Shown one piece after another: positions 19,447 to 28,371 of a stretch of DNA of 64,000 bases. The first letter of the stretch is position 1; the number at the start of each line of letters is the position of its first letter. Both the position numbers and the translations under genes were made by a program. Source of the stretch: Candidatus Hydrogenedentota bacterium (GTDB lineage Bacteria > Hydrogenedentota > Hydrogenedentia > Hydrogenedentales > SLHB01); NCBI GenBank assembly GCA_963668025.2, contig CAXXTH010000010.1, positions 1,024,001 to 1,088,000 on the forward strand, written 5' to 3'. The notes beneath the pieces were generated by a model that made no database searches, was not told the origin of the DNA, and worked only from the letters and a program-made list of their open reading frames with translations.

Positions 19447-20832
19447 ATGCGACACTTTTCACATTTAGCTATTCAAAAAGCCGACGATCTGTTATTTGGC
19501 TGCGCTCCAAAACCGGTTGCCACGAAAAGCGGGATGCTTATTGGAGGCGGCCGGGTGTATCCAGAACTCAATTTCACCTTGCCGCCCATTGAATTGATCG
19601 ATGCGAACTATGCGGAAGTCCGGCGGCATTATCGCCAGATTGTCTCGGATGCCTTGCGGCGTGCGGCGGACCTGGATGCAGCGGGCGTGGTGTTGGAATT
19701 TGAGACCTTGCCGCCTATGACGCACCGTCCGGAATGGGGGGAAGACCTGTGCAAGATACTACTGGATGGCATGGCGGACGCCCAAGCTTCCCATGGTTTG
19801 CGCAGTGCGCTTCGCATGACGCCGAACGACAACCGGGAGATGGTGCGCCCGCCCAAAATGCGGAGCGGGAAGTATTGGGAGCACATGCTCGATACTTTCG
19901 AGCGATGCGCCGCCGCCGGAGCGGATTTCTTGAGCATCGAGTCCGTGGGAGGCAAGGAAGTCCATGACGAGGCGCTCACCATGTGCGACATTCAACAGGT
20001 GATATTCGCCCTGTGCAGCATGGGCGTACGGGACATGCGCTTCTTATGGACCCATATTGTAGAGATCGCCCAGCGTCATGGCGTTCATGCTGCGGGCGAT
20101 ACGGCGTGTGGATTCGGAAACACCGCCATGGTGCTGGCTGAGAAAGGGATGATCCCCCGCACCTTCGCCGCAGTGGTGCGCGCGGTATCGGCAGTGCGGT
20201 CCTTGGTTGCTTATGAATGCGGGGCGGCCGGGCCTGGCAAGGATTGCGGGTATGAGAACATCATCTTGAAAGCCATCACGGGTTGTCCCATGAGTATGGA
20301 AGGCAAAGCCGCCACTTGCGCCCATTTAAGCCCCGTCGGAAACGTGGCGGCGGCGGCATGCGACCTATGGAGTAATGAATCCGTTCAGAACATTCGCCTG
20401 CTGGGCGGCATGGCTCCCACCTGCTACCTCGAGAATCTGGAATATGATTGCCGCCTGATGAATGAAGCCTTGTCGCATGGCCCTGACGCGGCGCGGCAAT
20501 TACAAAGCTGGATGGCGGCGTCTGATGCCCGCCTGGATCCGCAAGCCTACATCCTGACGCCAGAAAGCGCGGTTGCATTAGCCAATACCATCGTTGAAGC
20601 GCCCAATGCATATATAGCAGGAAAGAACGCCGCTATGAAAGCCGTGGGTCTTTTGAGGCAAGGATACGAGAGCCAGGCGTTGCGCATACCAGACCGGGAA
20701 TTGCCATATCTTGACATGATACAGTCAAGCATCGAGTCCATGCCAGAAGAAGAAGAAACCTTCATTGCATCCATGCTCTTGTCGGGCAATACAAAACGCT
20801 ATATCCCCGAGGATTACGAATTAGTGCATTAA
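19447..20832 (+). CDS. mtaB: Methanol:corrinoid methyltransferase MtaB
   Basis: 'IGGGRVYPELNF', 'LSIESVGGKEVHD', 'GDTACGFGNTAM', 'GPGKDCGYE', 'EGK...CAH.SPVGN', 'DLWSNES'. Confidence 0.9.
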   Translation: MRHFSHLAIQKADDLLFGCAPKPVATKSGMLIGGGRVYPELNFTLPPIELIDANYAEVRRHYRQIVSDALRRAADLDAAGVVLEFETLPPMTHRPEWGEDLCKILLDGMADAQASHGLRSALRMTPNDNREMVRPPKMRSGKYWEHMLDTFERCAAAGADFLSIESVGGKEVHDEALTMCDIQQVIFALCSMGVRDMRFLWTHIVEIAQRHGVHAAGDTACGFGNTAMVLAEKGMIPRTFAAVVRAVSAVRSLVAYECGAAGPGKDCGYENIILKAITGCPMSMEGKAATCAHLSPVGNVAAAACDLWSNESVQNIRLLGGMAPTCYLENLEYDCRLMNEALSHGPDAARQLQSWMAASDARLDPQAYILTPESAVALANTIVEAPNAYIAGKNAAMKAVGLLRQGYESQALRIPDRELPYLDMIQSSIESMPEEEETFIASMLLSGNTKRYIPEDYELVH

Positions 20833-20853
20833 CCAATTCCATTGTGGGACGGA

Positions 20854-20890
20854 AGCGGGCAGCCGAGTATATCGCTGCCCGCTATGAAAA
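20854..20890 (+). terminator. Hairpin downstream of mtaB
   Basis: AGCGGGCAGC-N10-GCTGCCCGCT. Confidence 0.5.
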
Positions 20891-21173
20891 AACATGCAAT
20901 GAGCGTTTCGGGAAACGGCTTCGGGAAGGACTCGATAAGGCAGCCAAGGCGTACATAAACAGCAAGAACCTTGGAATACACAAAATGTAGTGAAGACTTT
21001 GAAAGATCAATCCAGCATTACCAGCCACTTACCAAAATAGCTGCGGATATTTGGCTAACAGCCCGAAAACGGATTCCCATTCAACAAGCCGAGATTGAAT
21101 GTCGTCACAAGTGTTGTCAGTAAAACAAGACCCCAAGGACTTGTTTTTACAAGCCCTTGGGGTTAAATACTTT

Positions 21174-21221
21174 AGGTGGTGGGCGGTACAGGACTCGAAC
21201 CAGTGACCTCTTGCATGTTAA
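21174..21221 (-). repeat. att site: duplicated 3' half of tRNA-Val
   Basis: aggtggtgggcggtacaggactcgaaccagtgacctcttgcatgttaa matches 35921-35968 with 3 mismatches. Confidence 0.93.
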
Positions 21222-21321
21222 TGAGTAATAGTTTGTATATTTGGTGTAACAACATGTTAGGGTAATATGCACAAAAAGCCTTGAGTTCCCTAGAGTTAAA
21301 GCCTGTTTTGTGTTTTACCTC

Positions 21322-21350
21322 TTGACACATATCGTTACATGGTGTATGCT
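21322..21350 (+). promoter_or_regulatory. Sigma70 promoter of the integrase
   Basis: TTGACA-N17-TATGCT. Confidence 0.65.
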
Positions 21351-21355
21351 TGAAA

Positions 21356-21378
21356 ATGATCCATGAGTGATCCATGGA
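21356..21378. repeat. Putative integrase arm-type binding repeats (TGATCCAT x2)
   Basis: aTGATCCATgagTGATCCATgga, matched by aTGATCCATaacTGATCCATgga at ~35833-35855. Confidence 0.7.
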
Positions 21379-21421
21379 TCAGAATGCGGCTGATCACCGC
21401 GAGGCGAGAAAGGGATCAACC

Positions 21422-22696
21422 ATGGGAAAGGTAAACCTAACAGCAAAGGCAATTCGAGACGCCTTGCCTACTGAGCGGGAATATACGCTCACCGATCTCG
21501 TTGTCCGAAACCTGGCTTTGCGTATCCTGCCTTCCGGCCAAAAAATCTACACGCTTTTATATATGGATCAGGCAGGCCGCCGTAAACGCCTTACGCTTGG
21601 CAACGCAGATGTTCTATCTGTTGCGCAGGCCCGAATACTCGCCAGGCAACGCCAGGCAGATATCGCAAAGGGCATTGACCCTTCCGAGGAAAAGAAAAAA
21701 GCCAAGCGCAACCTGACATTGCGGCAGTTCATGGACGAACATTACACGCCGTGGTTACTCAGTAATCTCAGAAGCGGTAAAGAAGTTGATAAATCTTTGC
21801 GGCGCGCGTTTAAGAGCCTTATGAATATGAAGTTGAGCGCCATATCCGCTTTTCATGTTGAAAAAGTACGCGCCGAACTCACGAAAGCAGGCAAGCGCGT
21901 GGCCTCAAATCGATATAGTGCGCTATTTAAAGCTCTCGTAGCCCGCGCCCATAAATGGGAATTCCTCGAAACGAATATCATTGCCGGTAAAGTATCTCGC
22001 CACAAAGAAGACCGGGGGCGTGTTCGATATCTAGATGCGGCAGAAGAGGCCCGCCTACTCGAAGCGCTCGACCGCAGACAGGATAAGCAGAGGGAAGAAC
22101 GCGCCCGTATGATTGCGTGGGCACAAAAACGGCATCTCCCGACGTTGCCCGATCTGAATGGGCTCACCTATACCGACTACCTTAAACCGCTCATACTCGC
22201 AGTGTTGTACTCCGGTATGCGCCGGGGTGAAGCGTTCAGCCTGCTATGGTCTGATATCAATTGGGAACAGAATACCATCACCATCCGCGCGGAGTCCGCG
22301 AAGTCGGAGAAAATGCGGCATATCCCTATGTGCGCCGCGCTACGGCAGGTGTTGGAGCAATGGCAAGCCCAAGGTATGGGGCAAGGTCTTGTGTTTCCAA
22401 GCCCCAAGACTGGCGGACGCCTCGACAATATTCAAACATCATGGGAGCGTCTCATAAAAGATGCGAAGATTGAAGGCTTCAGGTTTCATGATCTGCGGCA
22501 TTCGTTCGCATCAAGGCTGGCTATGGCGGGCGTGGACCTGAACACCATCCGCGAATTGCTTGGGCATTCGGATCTGAAAATGACCCTACGATACGCGCAC
22601 CTATCACCGGCCCGGACGCAAGCGGCGGTGAATGTGCTCGACCGAATTGACAACGTGCTCAAGTTTGAACGGAAAGGGGAAGGGGGGAATGTATGA
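21422..22696 (+). CDS. int: Tyrosine integrase with N-terminal arm-binding domain
   Basis: Catalytic motifs 'SGMRRGE', 'RFHDLRHSFASRL', 'LLGHSDLKMTLRYAH'. N-terminal 'RKRLTLG....LSVAQAR'. Confidence 0.95.
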   Translation: MGKVNLTAKAIRDALPTEREYTLTDLVVRNLALRILPSGQKIYTLLYMDQAGRRKRLTLGNADVLSVAQARILARQRQADIAKGIDPSEEKKKAKRNLTLRQFMDEHYTPWLLSNLRSGKEVDKSLRRAFKSLMNMKLSAISAFHVEKVRAELTKAGKRVASNRYSALFKALVARAHKWEFLETNIIAGKVSRHKEDRGRVRYLDAAEEARLLEALDRRQDKQREERARMIAWAQKRHLPTLPDLNGLTYTDYLKPLILAVLYSGMRRGEAFSLLWSDINWEQNTITIRAESAKSEKMRHIPMCAALRQVLEQWQAQGMGQGLVFPSPKTGGRLDNIQTSWERLIKDAKIEGFRFHDLRHSFASRLAMAGVDLNTIRELLGHSDLKMTLRYAHLSPARTQAAVNVLDRIDNVLKFERKGEGGNV

Positions 22697-23331
22697 GCAG
22701 TATTGCCCCGATTGAGAGCATCGAGGCCGTTATCCACACCGTACGTGGTGAACGGGTGATCTTCGATACAGACCTTGCAGAACTGTATGGCGTGCCCACA
22801 AAGGCGCTCAACCAAGCTATTAAACGCAACGCGGAACGTTTCCCGCAGGATTTTATGTTTCTCCTTACCCAGCAGGAGTTTACAGATTTGAGGTCACAAA
22901 TTGTGACCGCAAACGCGGGCGGTCGTGGTGGACGCCGCACCTTACCGTATGCCTTCACCGAACACGGGGCCATCATGGCCGCCAATGTCCTGAACTCAAA
23001 AAAGGCCGTGGAAATGAGCATGTATGTGGTGCGGGCATTCGTACACATGCGCCGCGCCTTAGCCGACCACAAGGAATTGGCCGCCCGTCTAGACGCCGTC
23101 GAGAAGCACATGGAAGAGCATGACGAATCCATCAAGGCATTGGTGCAGGCAATGCGGGCGCTCATGACGCCACCATCCAAGGAGCACAGGCAGATAGGCT
23201 TCAAGAAAAGCCATAAGACATTGCCCGGACATCTTCTGATGGCGGCGGGCTGGCGTGTGCTGGCCCGCCCTTATGGCTCTATTTGGTGTAAGGAGCGCGT
23301 GAAATGGATCAAACAACCGCAGGGTGCATGA
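22693..23331 (+). CDS. ORF6N-domain DNA-binding protein (antirepressor-like)
   Basis: 'RGERVIFDTDLAELYGVPTKALNQAIKRNAERFPQDFMF', 'PYAFTEHGAIMAANVLNS'. Confidence 0.92.
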   Translation: MSSIAPIESIEAVIHTVRGERVIFDTDLAELYGVPTKALNQAIKRNAERFPQDFMFLLTQQEFTDLRSQIVTANAGGRGGRRTLPYAFTEHGAIMAANVLNSKKAVEMSMYVVRAFVHMRRALADHKELAARLDAVEKHMEEHDESIKALVQAMRALMTPPSKEHRQIGFKKSHKTLPGHLLMAAGWRVLARPYGSIWCKERVKWIKQPQGA

Positions 23332-23759
23332 AGTATGGGTGTCTGACTTTGGTTGTACTGTTCGTTGCTTCTGTGGTAATCAACCTTATTACCGAAAACA
23401 GCAAATCATCCCCACCACCCAGGCCGCCCGCGCCCGTTTACCAGGCAATAGCACCCCGAAACCCAACGAACACACAATTACCACTTGACGTTTATGAACT
23501 CAAGATCGGAGCGATGTATCGAACCGCCAAGCCTGATACGCCGCTATGTCCGACACCAAACCCTCAAGCGCGATCATTTAATGAAGGGATGCAGGCTATT
23601 GCTCAGATACGGCTACTCCCATCAGGTATGCGCTTCAGGATATTGCAAAAGGCAGAATATCGAGGTGACGTATGGTATGCCGTTGAAACCGAATCGCCCA
23701 TGTTGCGAGGTTGGTTCAATTGCGTTGCGCTGGCAAGAAACGTAGAGGAAGTCAAGTGA
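23304..23759 (+). CDS. Membrane-anchored protein with Pro-rich linker and SH3-like C-terminus
   Basis: TM helix, 'PPPRPPAP', and 'LPSG.RFRIL......VWYAV.......GW'. Confidence 0.6.
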   Translation: MDQTTAGCMKYGCLTLVVLFVASVVINLITENSKSSPPPRPPAPVYQAIAPRNPTNTQLPLDVYELKIGAMYRTAKPDTPLCPTPNPQARSFNEGMQAIAQIRLLPSGMRFRILQKAEYRGDVWYAVETESPMLRGWFNCVALARNVEEVK

Positions 23760-23777
23760 CGTAGTGTTTACACCTCC

Positions 23778-23806
23778 TGGACTTTCCGCCGCAAACACAC
23801 TATACT
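23778..23806 (+). promoter_or_regulatory. Sigma70 promoter
   Basis: TGGACT-N17-TATACT. Confidence 0.6.
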
Positions 23807-23812
23807 GATACC

Positions 23813-23923
23813 GTAGGTTTAGGGTAGCCGTTCTTGATGGCCATCGAGACGGCTCACGGGAACCGCCACCCCGGCAGCACTCCGCCAAGGGTGGCGCTTC
23901 CCGGCCCGCAACAATAGGAGTGC
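23813..23923 (+). ncRNA. Candidate structured 5' leader RNA with anti-SD loop
   Basis: Two long hairpins; loop GCACTCC (23877-83) is complementary to GGAGTGC (23917-23) over the RBS. Confidence 0.45.
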
Positions 23924-23930
23924 ATACGAA

Positions 23931-24584
23931 ATGCCATTTAACTGGAACATCCCTCCACTACCCGAGCATATCGAAGCCCAACCCTTTCCTGTAATTCATA
24001 TCGAGAAGATTCTGCGCGGGATGGACCCGCCAGAACCGTGGGATATCGCCGAATGCTCTGCAATAATCGCCCGGTACAGCACGTTAGAAATATCTGAGCA
24101 AATGGCATGGTTTACGAATTTATATCTTGCCATGACTACGGAAATCGAACGTTGCAAGATACTGGTTATTGAGACCCTGGATAAAGAAATCCCTGTGATT
24201 TCCCGAGGTGATGCGGCCCGCATTGCGCGCAAATGGAATTACCCCGTACCGCCGAATTTTGAGCAGCCCGTGGCGGCGGAGATGAATCTGATATCTCTCG
24301 CGACAGCCAAAGAGATTACTATTAAGGCGTGTGGGTATAATGGAGATAAAGCCGAAAAACAAGCCCAGAACTTTATTGACCACCACAAGAATACTATTCT
24401 TGATAATGGCAAAAAGGGTAAAGCCCGTAAGATAGACGAAATATCGCTACGTGTTACCCTGCACAGATTTATGAGTAAGAAGGGCGACACCACAAATCGT
24501 CCCACTCCAACCAATACCCCTGATGGAGAGCCCAAAAACGCATCATTAAAACAGCTTGAAGCCATCAATCGCTCAAAATTCTAA
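23931..24584 (+). CDS. Hypothetical protein, possible C-terminal winged-helix (excisionase-like) region
   Basis: AGGAG RBS, 217 aa, basic 'DNGKKGKARKIDEISL' segment. Confidence 0.6.
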   Translation: MPFNWNIPPLPEHIEAQPFPVIHIEKILRGMDPPEPWDIAECSAIIARYSTLEISEQMAWFTNLYLAMTTEIERCKILVIETLDKEIPVISRGDAARIARKWNYPVPPNFEQPVAAEMNLISLATAKEITIKACGYNGDKAEKQAQNFIDHHKNTILDNGKKGKARKIDEISLRVTLHRFMSKKGDTTNRPTPTNTPDGEPKNASLKQLEAINRSKF

Positions 24585-24633
24585 TCCATTGGGAGATCCC
24601 CCGGCTCTGCCGGGGTCTGGAGTTTCTCCATTA

Positions 24634-26013
24634 TCAAGCAGCCGCGGCGCTTGCCATTGTTGCTCTGGAGGTTTCTATGCCGAGTGGACGGAGCAAATGG
24701 GGCTGTTCGTCCATCTCTTTTCTCAATAGAGTGATGAGAGCGAGGCACGATGGGCGTGTGGCGTGTTTTCGCCACCGTGGCAGCGGGGCGTATGCACTAT
24801 TTCGTTCGGGGCCAAAGGTTTTTATGGCGGCCAGTAGCAATGCGCTGTAGGCGGCGATGGCAAGCGGGGGCTGCTTGGGTATGGCATTGGGGTTCCAGAG
24901 CTGAGCTTGTCCGACGCCCAAGGTGTCCTTTTCCTCGCGATGGTTGACTTCAATCTGCCAGCGGTCGAAGTAGATCTGGAGCAGCCTCTGTGCGGCGTGA
25001 ACCCTGTCGGTACAAAGAAGGTAGGCTGGTTGCCGGTAATAAAGCTTACTGCTTTTCCGCTTGCGGTAGGGGGTGGGAGCGATAGCGAAAAGGCGGAGGG
25101 GAAGACGGCGCGCGCCGCCTTGCCAGTAGAGGGTCTTGATTTCCTTGTAGCGGACCTTGCGGCGTTTGCCGCCGTAGAATAGCTTCGTAGTCTTCCAGGG
25201 GATGCTATCGTCCTGGCGTACTTGCTCGGGGGTGAATTTTTCTTGGGCATAGAAACGCCGCGAACCCTCTGGAGCGCCAAAGCATAGGACTGCGTCCTTG
25301 CGGGCACGGGCGATGAGGTGGGTGCGGTCGCGTTCAGCGTCGAAGACGGTCTGGTTGCAAAAGCTGCCGTCGAGGGCCATGACCAAGGTTTTCTCCCTGG
25401 CGCCGACGGCGTCGAGGGATGCGCGCAAGGAGTCCATCATCGCCACGCAATGGGTTGAAAGGTTCTTCTCTTTACGGCGCTGCTTGTACGCCATCCACTC
25501 CTCCTCGCTTGCGCGCTTGCCAGGCTTCTTGGCGGGGGAAGGCTCCTCGAAACGCACGGGCAAGGCGCGGCAACTAAAGGCGCCGCCTTGGTGAAGCGGT
25601 ACGAGAAGGGAGGCCTGCAGGAAACGCAGGCCCAGAATGAGATTGGTGTGGAACGGCGGGGACAGGGGGTCGCGCTGATGAAAAGCCTGGACAATGCACC
25701 GGCCGGTCTTGTGCAGCTTGGTATCATCGACGGCGACGCCTACAAGCGGGTCTTCACACTGGGGCAGGGCTCCTTCCCAAATAGGGTCGAAGAGCTGCTG
25801 GGGGTCCCACTTGGCGCGGCCGTACATGTGGTATTCAGCCTGCCACGGCAGATTCTCGCGACCACAGGCCCAAAGGGTCCGCGTGATTGTGCGCCGCCCC
25901 AAACAGACCAGTGACCCAAGTCCCTGCCGCACCGCACGCACGGTGGTGCGCTCTTGGGCAAAAGCATCGCGCCAGCGCTCGGTAACGTTGAGCCATTCGT
26001 GTAAAAGACTCAT
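24634..26013 (-). CDS. DDE transposase (IS701/IS4-like)
   Basis: 'VAVDDT', 'LDGSF', and YREK-like 'YFDRWQIEVNHREEKDTLG'. Confidence 0.88.
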   Translation of the reverse strand: MSLLHEWLNVTERWRDAFAQERTTVRAVRQGLGSLVCLGRRTITRTLWACGRENLPWQAEYHMYGRAKWDPQQLFDPIWEGALPQCEDPLVGVAVDDTKLHKTGRCIVQAFHQRDPLSPPFHTNLILGLRFLQASLLVPLHQGGAFSCRALPVRFEEPSPAKKPGKRASEEEWMAYKQRRKEKNLSTHCVAMMDSLRASLDAVGAREKTLVMALDGSFCNQTVFDAERDRTHLIARARKDAVLCFGAPEGSRRFYAQEKFTPEQVRQDDSIPWKTTKLFYGGKRRKVRYKEIKTLYWQGGARRLPLRLFAIAPTPYRKRKSSKLYYRQPAYLLCTDRVHAAQRLLQIYFDRWQIEVNHREEKDTLGVGQAQLWNPNAIPKQPPLAIAAYSALLLAAIKTFGPERNSAYAPLPRWRKHATRPSCLALITLLRKEMDEQPHLLRPLGIETSRATMASAAAA

Positions 26014-26345
26014 CGCTTGCCTCCTTTGAGTCCGAAGGTGTTCTTGTCCGCGCGGACAAAGCGGTCTTCCCGAGCCACCTTTTTGGTGAGGGAAGACACC
26101 AGGCTTTCCCGGTCCACCGTAATGCCGAAGACCGCATGAATGCGACTCAGGATCTCATTGACATGAAGGGGATGAGCGGCCCTCAAGAGTATGTCATATG
26201 CCATATCTACTTGCGACATACTTGTTCTGGGTCGTGGCTCCTCCCTGGATTCTTCCCCCCTACGCAGACGGCGCACCGCCCGAAGCTGCGCCTCAAGCCC
26301 TTTTTCCATAGCCTCTAGGATCGTGTCACGCAATTCGTCATTCAT
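26010..26345 (-). CDS. Winged HTH (HARE-HTH-like) accessory protein of the IS
   Basis: 'AYDILLRAAHPLHVNEILSRI...FVRADKNTFGL'. Overlaps the transposase start; GGAGG RBS. Confidence 0.75.
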   Translation of the reverse strand: MNDELRDTILEAMEKGLEAQLRAVRRLRRGEESREEPRPRTSMSQVDMAYDILLRAAHPLHVNEILSRIHAVFGITVDRESLVSSLTKKVAREDRFVRADKNTFGLKGGKR

Positions 26346-26532
26346 GGCGCCGCCCTCCTGCCTAGCCAACAAGATTGTAGCACAAACGAGTCGGTATGTC
26401 AATATATCTTTTCAATGACCGGCCTATTCGGCGAAAGGGAAGCTACGACAAAGACGATAAGCTGTGCGATGGCAAGAGAAAAAGCGTGTCCACCTCGCCC
26501 AAAAAAGGTAGAAACTCCAGGCCCCCGACTCC

Positions 26533-28371
26533 GGGCCTGTCGATGTAGTGCGCCGGGGTAGAATTTATATAGACATATAACTCGATTTCTAGTAGAATAG
26601 AATTTATTATTGGTGTCACCAGGGAAACCCACATGAACGCACGAGACATTCTATTCGCCACTCCGAAGGCGCAGCGGCATCAAATGGTGCTGTATCCCCA
26701 GTATCTGGACGAGATGCTCCCGGCGGATGCGCCCATCCGGATATTCGCACGGATTTTGGATGAACTGGATTGGAGCGCTTGGGAGGCTGCCTATGTGGGC
26801 GTTGGCCAGCCGCCGATCCATCCACATTACCTGGCGGGAGCTATCCTGTACGGGCTGATGCACCGCGTGCGTTCGTCGCGCGAGCTGGAAATGGCGGCGT
26901 GCAAGCACCTGGATTTCATATGGTTCCTTGAAGGGTTCACGCCCGATCACTCCACGTTCGCCAAATTCCGGGTGCGCCACGCCAAAGCCATCGACGAGTT
27001 GAAGCGGCAAATCGCCCAGCTCCTGCTAGGTGAGCGCGAGAAGCCGCTATTGGAATTGCTCATCGACGGCACCCGTTTGCGGGCCGACAGCGACCGCCAC
27101 GGGGCGCGCACGGCCGGGACCATCGAGAAGATTATAAGGGAACTGGACCGCCGGATGGAGGAAATGCGGCGCAATGATGCCCAAGCCCTTCCTGAAACCG
27201 AGTTTCTGGCGGGCATGGAGCCGGATGGAGACGTTGCGGAACAGTTGGAAAAGGCCAGCCAGGAAATCGCGCGGCTCGAAACGAAACGCAAACAGCTTCA
27301 AAAAGCCCTCGACGCCGCCCGCAGGCGAGACGCGAAGTCCCAAGAGCACAATGGCAAGAACGCCAAACCCGTCCGAGTGCCCGTGAGCGATCCGGACTCC
27401 CAAATCACCCCCAACAAAGAAGGGGGCTACGCGCCGAATTACACCCCCGTGGCCGCGATTGACGCGCAAACAGGCGCTATCCTCTATGATGATGTGCTGG
27501 CGGGTTCCGACGAGGCCAGCGCCGTTTGCCCGGCGGTGGAGGCCGTTGAAGCCCTTACGGGCGAGAAGCCTTGCGCAATCGCCGCCGACGGCAATTTTGC
27601 CGCGGGCCAAGTGCTCGAAGCCCTTGAGGCCCAAGGGATAGAGGCCTACATGCCCACCCGCTCGGCCTCTGGGGCGGACAATCCGGCTCAACGCCCCGAG
27701 CCCGCGCTTCCCGTGGCCCAAGAAGCGGTGGAACGCCTGCCCAAACAAGGCGGCCAGTTCGCCCGCACCGCATTTGTGTACGACGAACAAGCCGACTCCT
27801 ACCATTGCCCCATGGGCCACGAGATGGCGGCCTCGAAACACGGCACGGACAAAGACGGCGTTTCATACGCCACCTACCAATGCGAAGCCTGCCCCGGCTG
27901 CCCGCTGGCGGGGCAATGCATCAAAGGAAAGGCCACGCACCGGACCATCACCCGCGACGAACACGAACCGCTGCGCGAGGCCGCGGACGAGCGCATGAAG
28001 ACCGAAGAAGGCCGGGCCATCTACAAGAAACGCGCCCCGGGGATCGAAGGATTGTTCGGCGTCATCAAGTCGTGCATGGGCATCCGCCGCTTCGCCCGGC
28101 GCGGCCTGGAGAAAGTCCGGTGCGACTGGTCCTGGATTTGCACCGCGTATACCCTCAAAAAACTTCTGGCCCGCAAGGCAAACATGGCCACCGGCTTCCC
28201 CCAAGGCGGCCATCCTGGCGTAAACACGGTCCTGGCGGGGCTTCATGCCGCAGCTAGAGCCGTAGCCTATGCTTTTTTCCCACGAATAACGTCGAATTGG
28301 CATCCCCGGCGCATTCCTGTCGATGCGGTGGAGATATACCCTATCGAGGCGGCTGCTTAATCGACAGGCCC
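26533..28371 (+). mobile_element. IS1182-family insertion sequence
   Basis: TIRs GGGCCTGTCGAT / ATCGACAGGCCC; TCC (or CTCC) duplicated on both flanks. Confidence 0.88.
26633..28360 (+). CDS. IS1182-family transposase
   Basis: 'SSRELE', 'PDHSTFAKFR', 'IDGT', 'ADGNF', Cys-rich insertion, 'YKKRAPGIEGLFGVIK...G.RRF'. Confidence 0.92.
   Translation: MNARDILFATPKAQRHQMVLYPQYLDEMLPADAPIRIFARILDELDWSAWEAAYVGVGQPPIHPHYLAGAILYGLMHRVRSSRELEMAACKHLDFIWFLEGFTPDHSTFAKFRVRHAKAIDELKRQIAQLLLGEREKPLLELLIDGTRLRADSDRHGARTAGTIEKIIRELDRRMEEMRRNDAQALPETEFLAGMEPDGDVAEQLEKASQEIARLETKRKQLQKALDAARRRDAKSQEHNGKNAKPVRVPVSDPDSQITPNKEGGYAPNYTPVAAIDAQTGAILYDDVLAGSDEASAVCPAVEAVEALTGEKPCAIAADGNFAAGQVLEALEAQGIEAYMPTRSASGADNPAQRPEPALPVAQEAVERLPKQGGQFARTAFVYDEQADSYHCPMGHEMAASKHGTDKDGVSYATYQCEACPGCPLAGQCIKGKATHRTITRDEHEPLREAADERMKTEEGRAIYKKRAPGIEGLFGVIKSCMGIRRFARRGLEKVRCDWSWICTAYTLKKLLARKANMATGFPQGGHPGVNTVLAGLHAAARAVAYAFFPRITSNWHPRRIPVDAVEIYPIEAAA

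Larger units (their letters stand above)
24617..26520 (-). mobile_element. Two-ORF IS (IS701/IS4-like DDE transposase plus HTH accessory gene)
   Basis: Terminal inverted repeats CTGGAGTTTCT / AGAAACTCCAG; no target duplication visible. Confidence 0.8.

Noticed and set aside
21172-21375. ORFs 21172-21375 and 35628-35972 share 'MQEVTGSSPVPPTT'
   Set aside because: These are translations of the tRNA/att repeat, not proteins.
24594-24616. Hairpin GATCCCCCGGCTCTGCCGGGG reminiscent of an IS200/IS605 end
   Set aside because: No tnpA or tnpB is present. It cannot be distinguished from a terminator or an IS target hairpin.
28297-28371. Listed start of the 186-aa ORF 28297-28857
   Set aside because: The first 25 codons lie inside the IS1182 end. 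The ORF is a chimera with the truncated terS and has no clear RBS.
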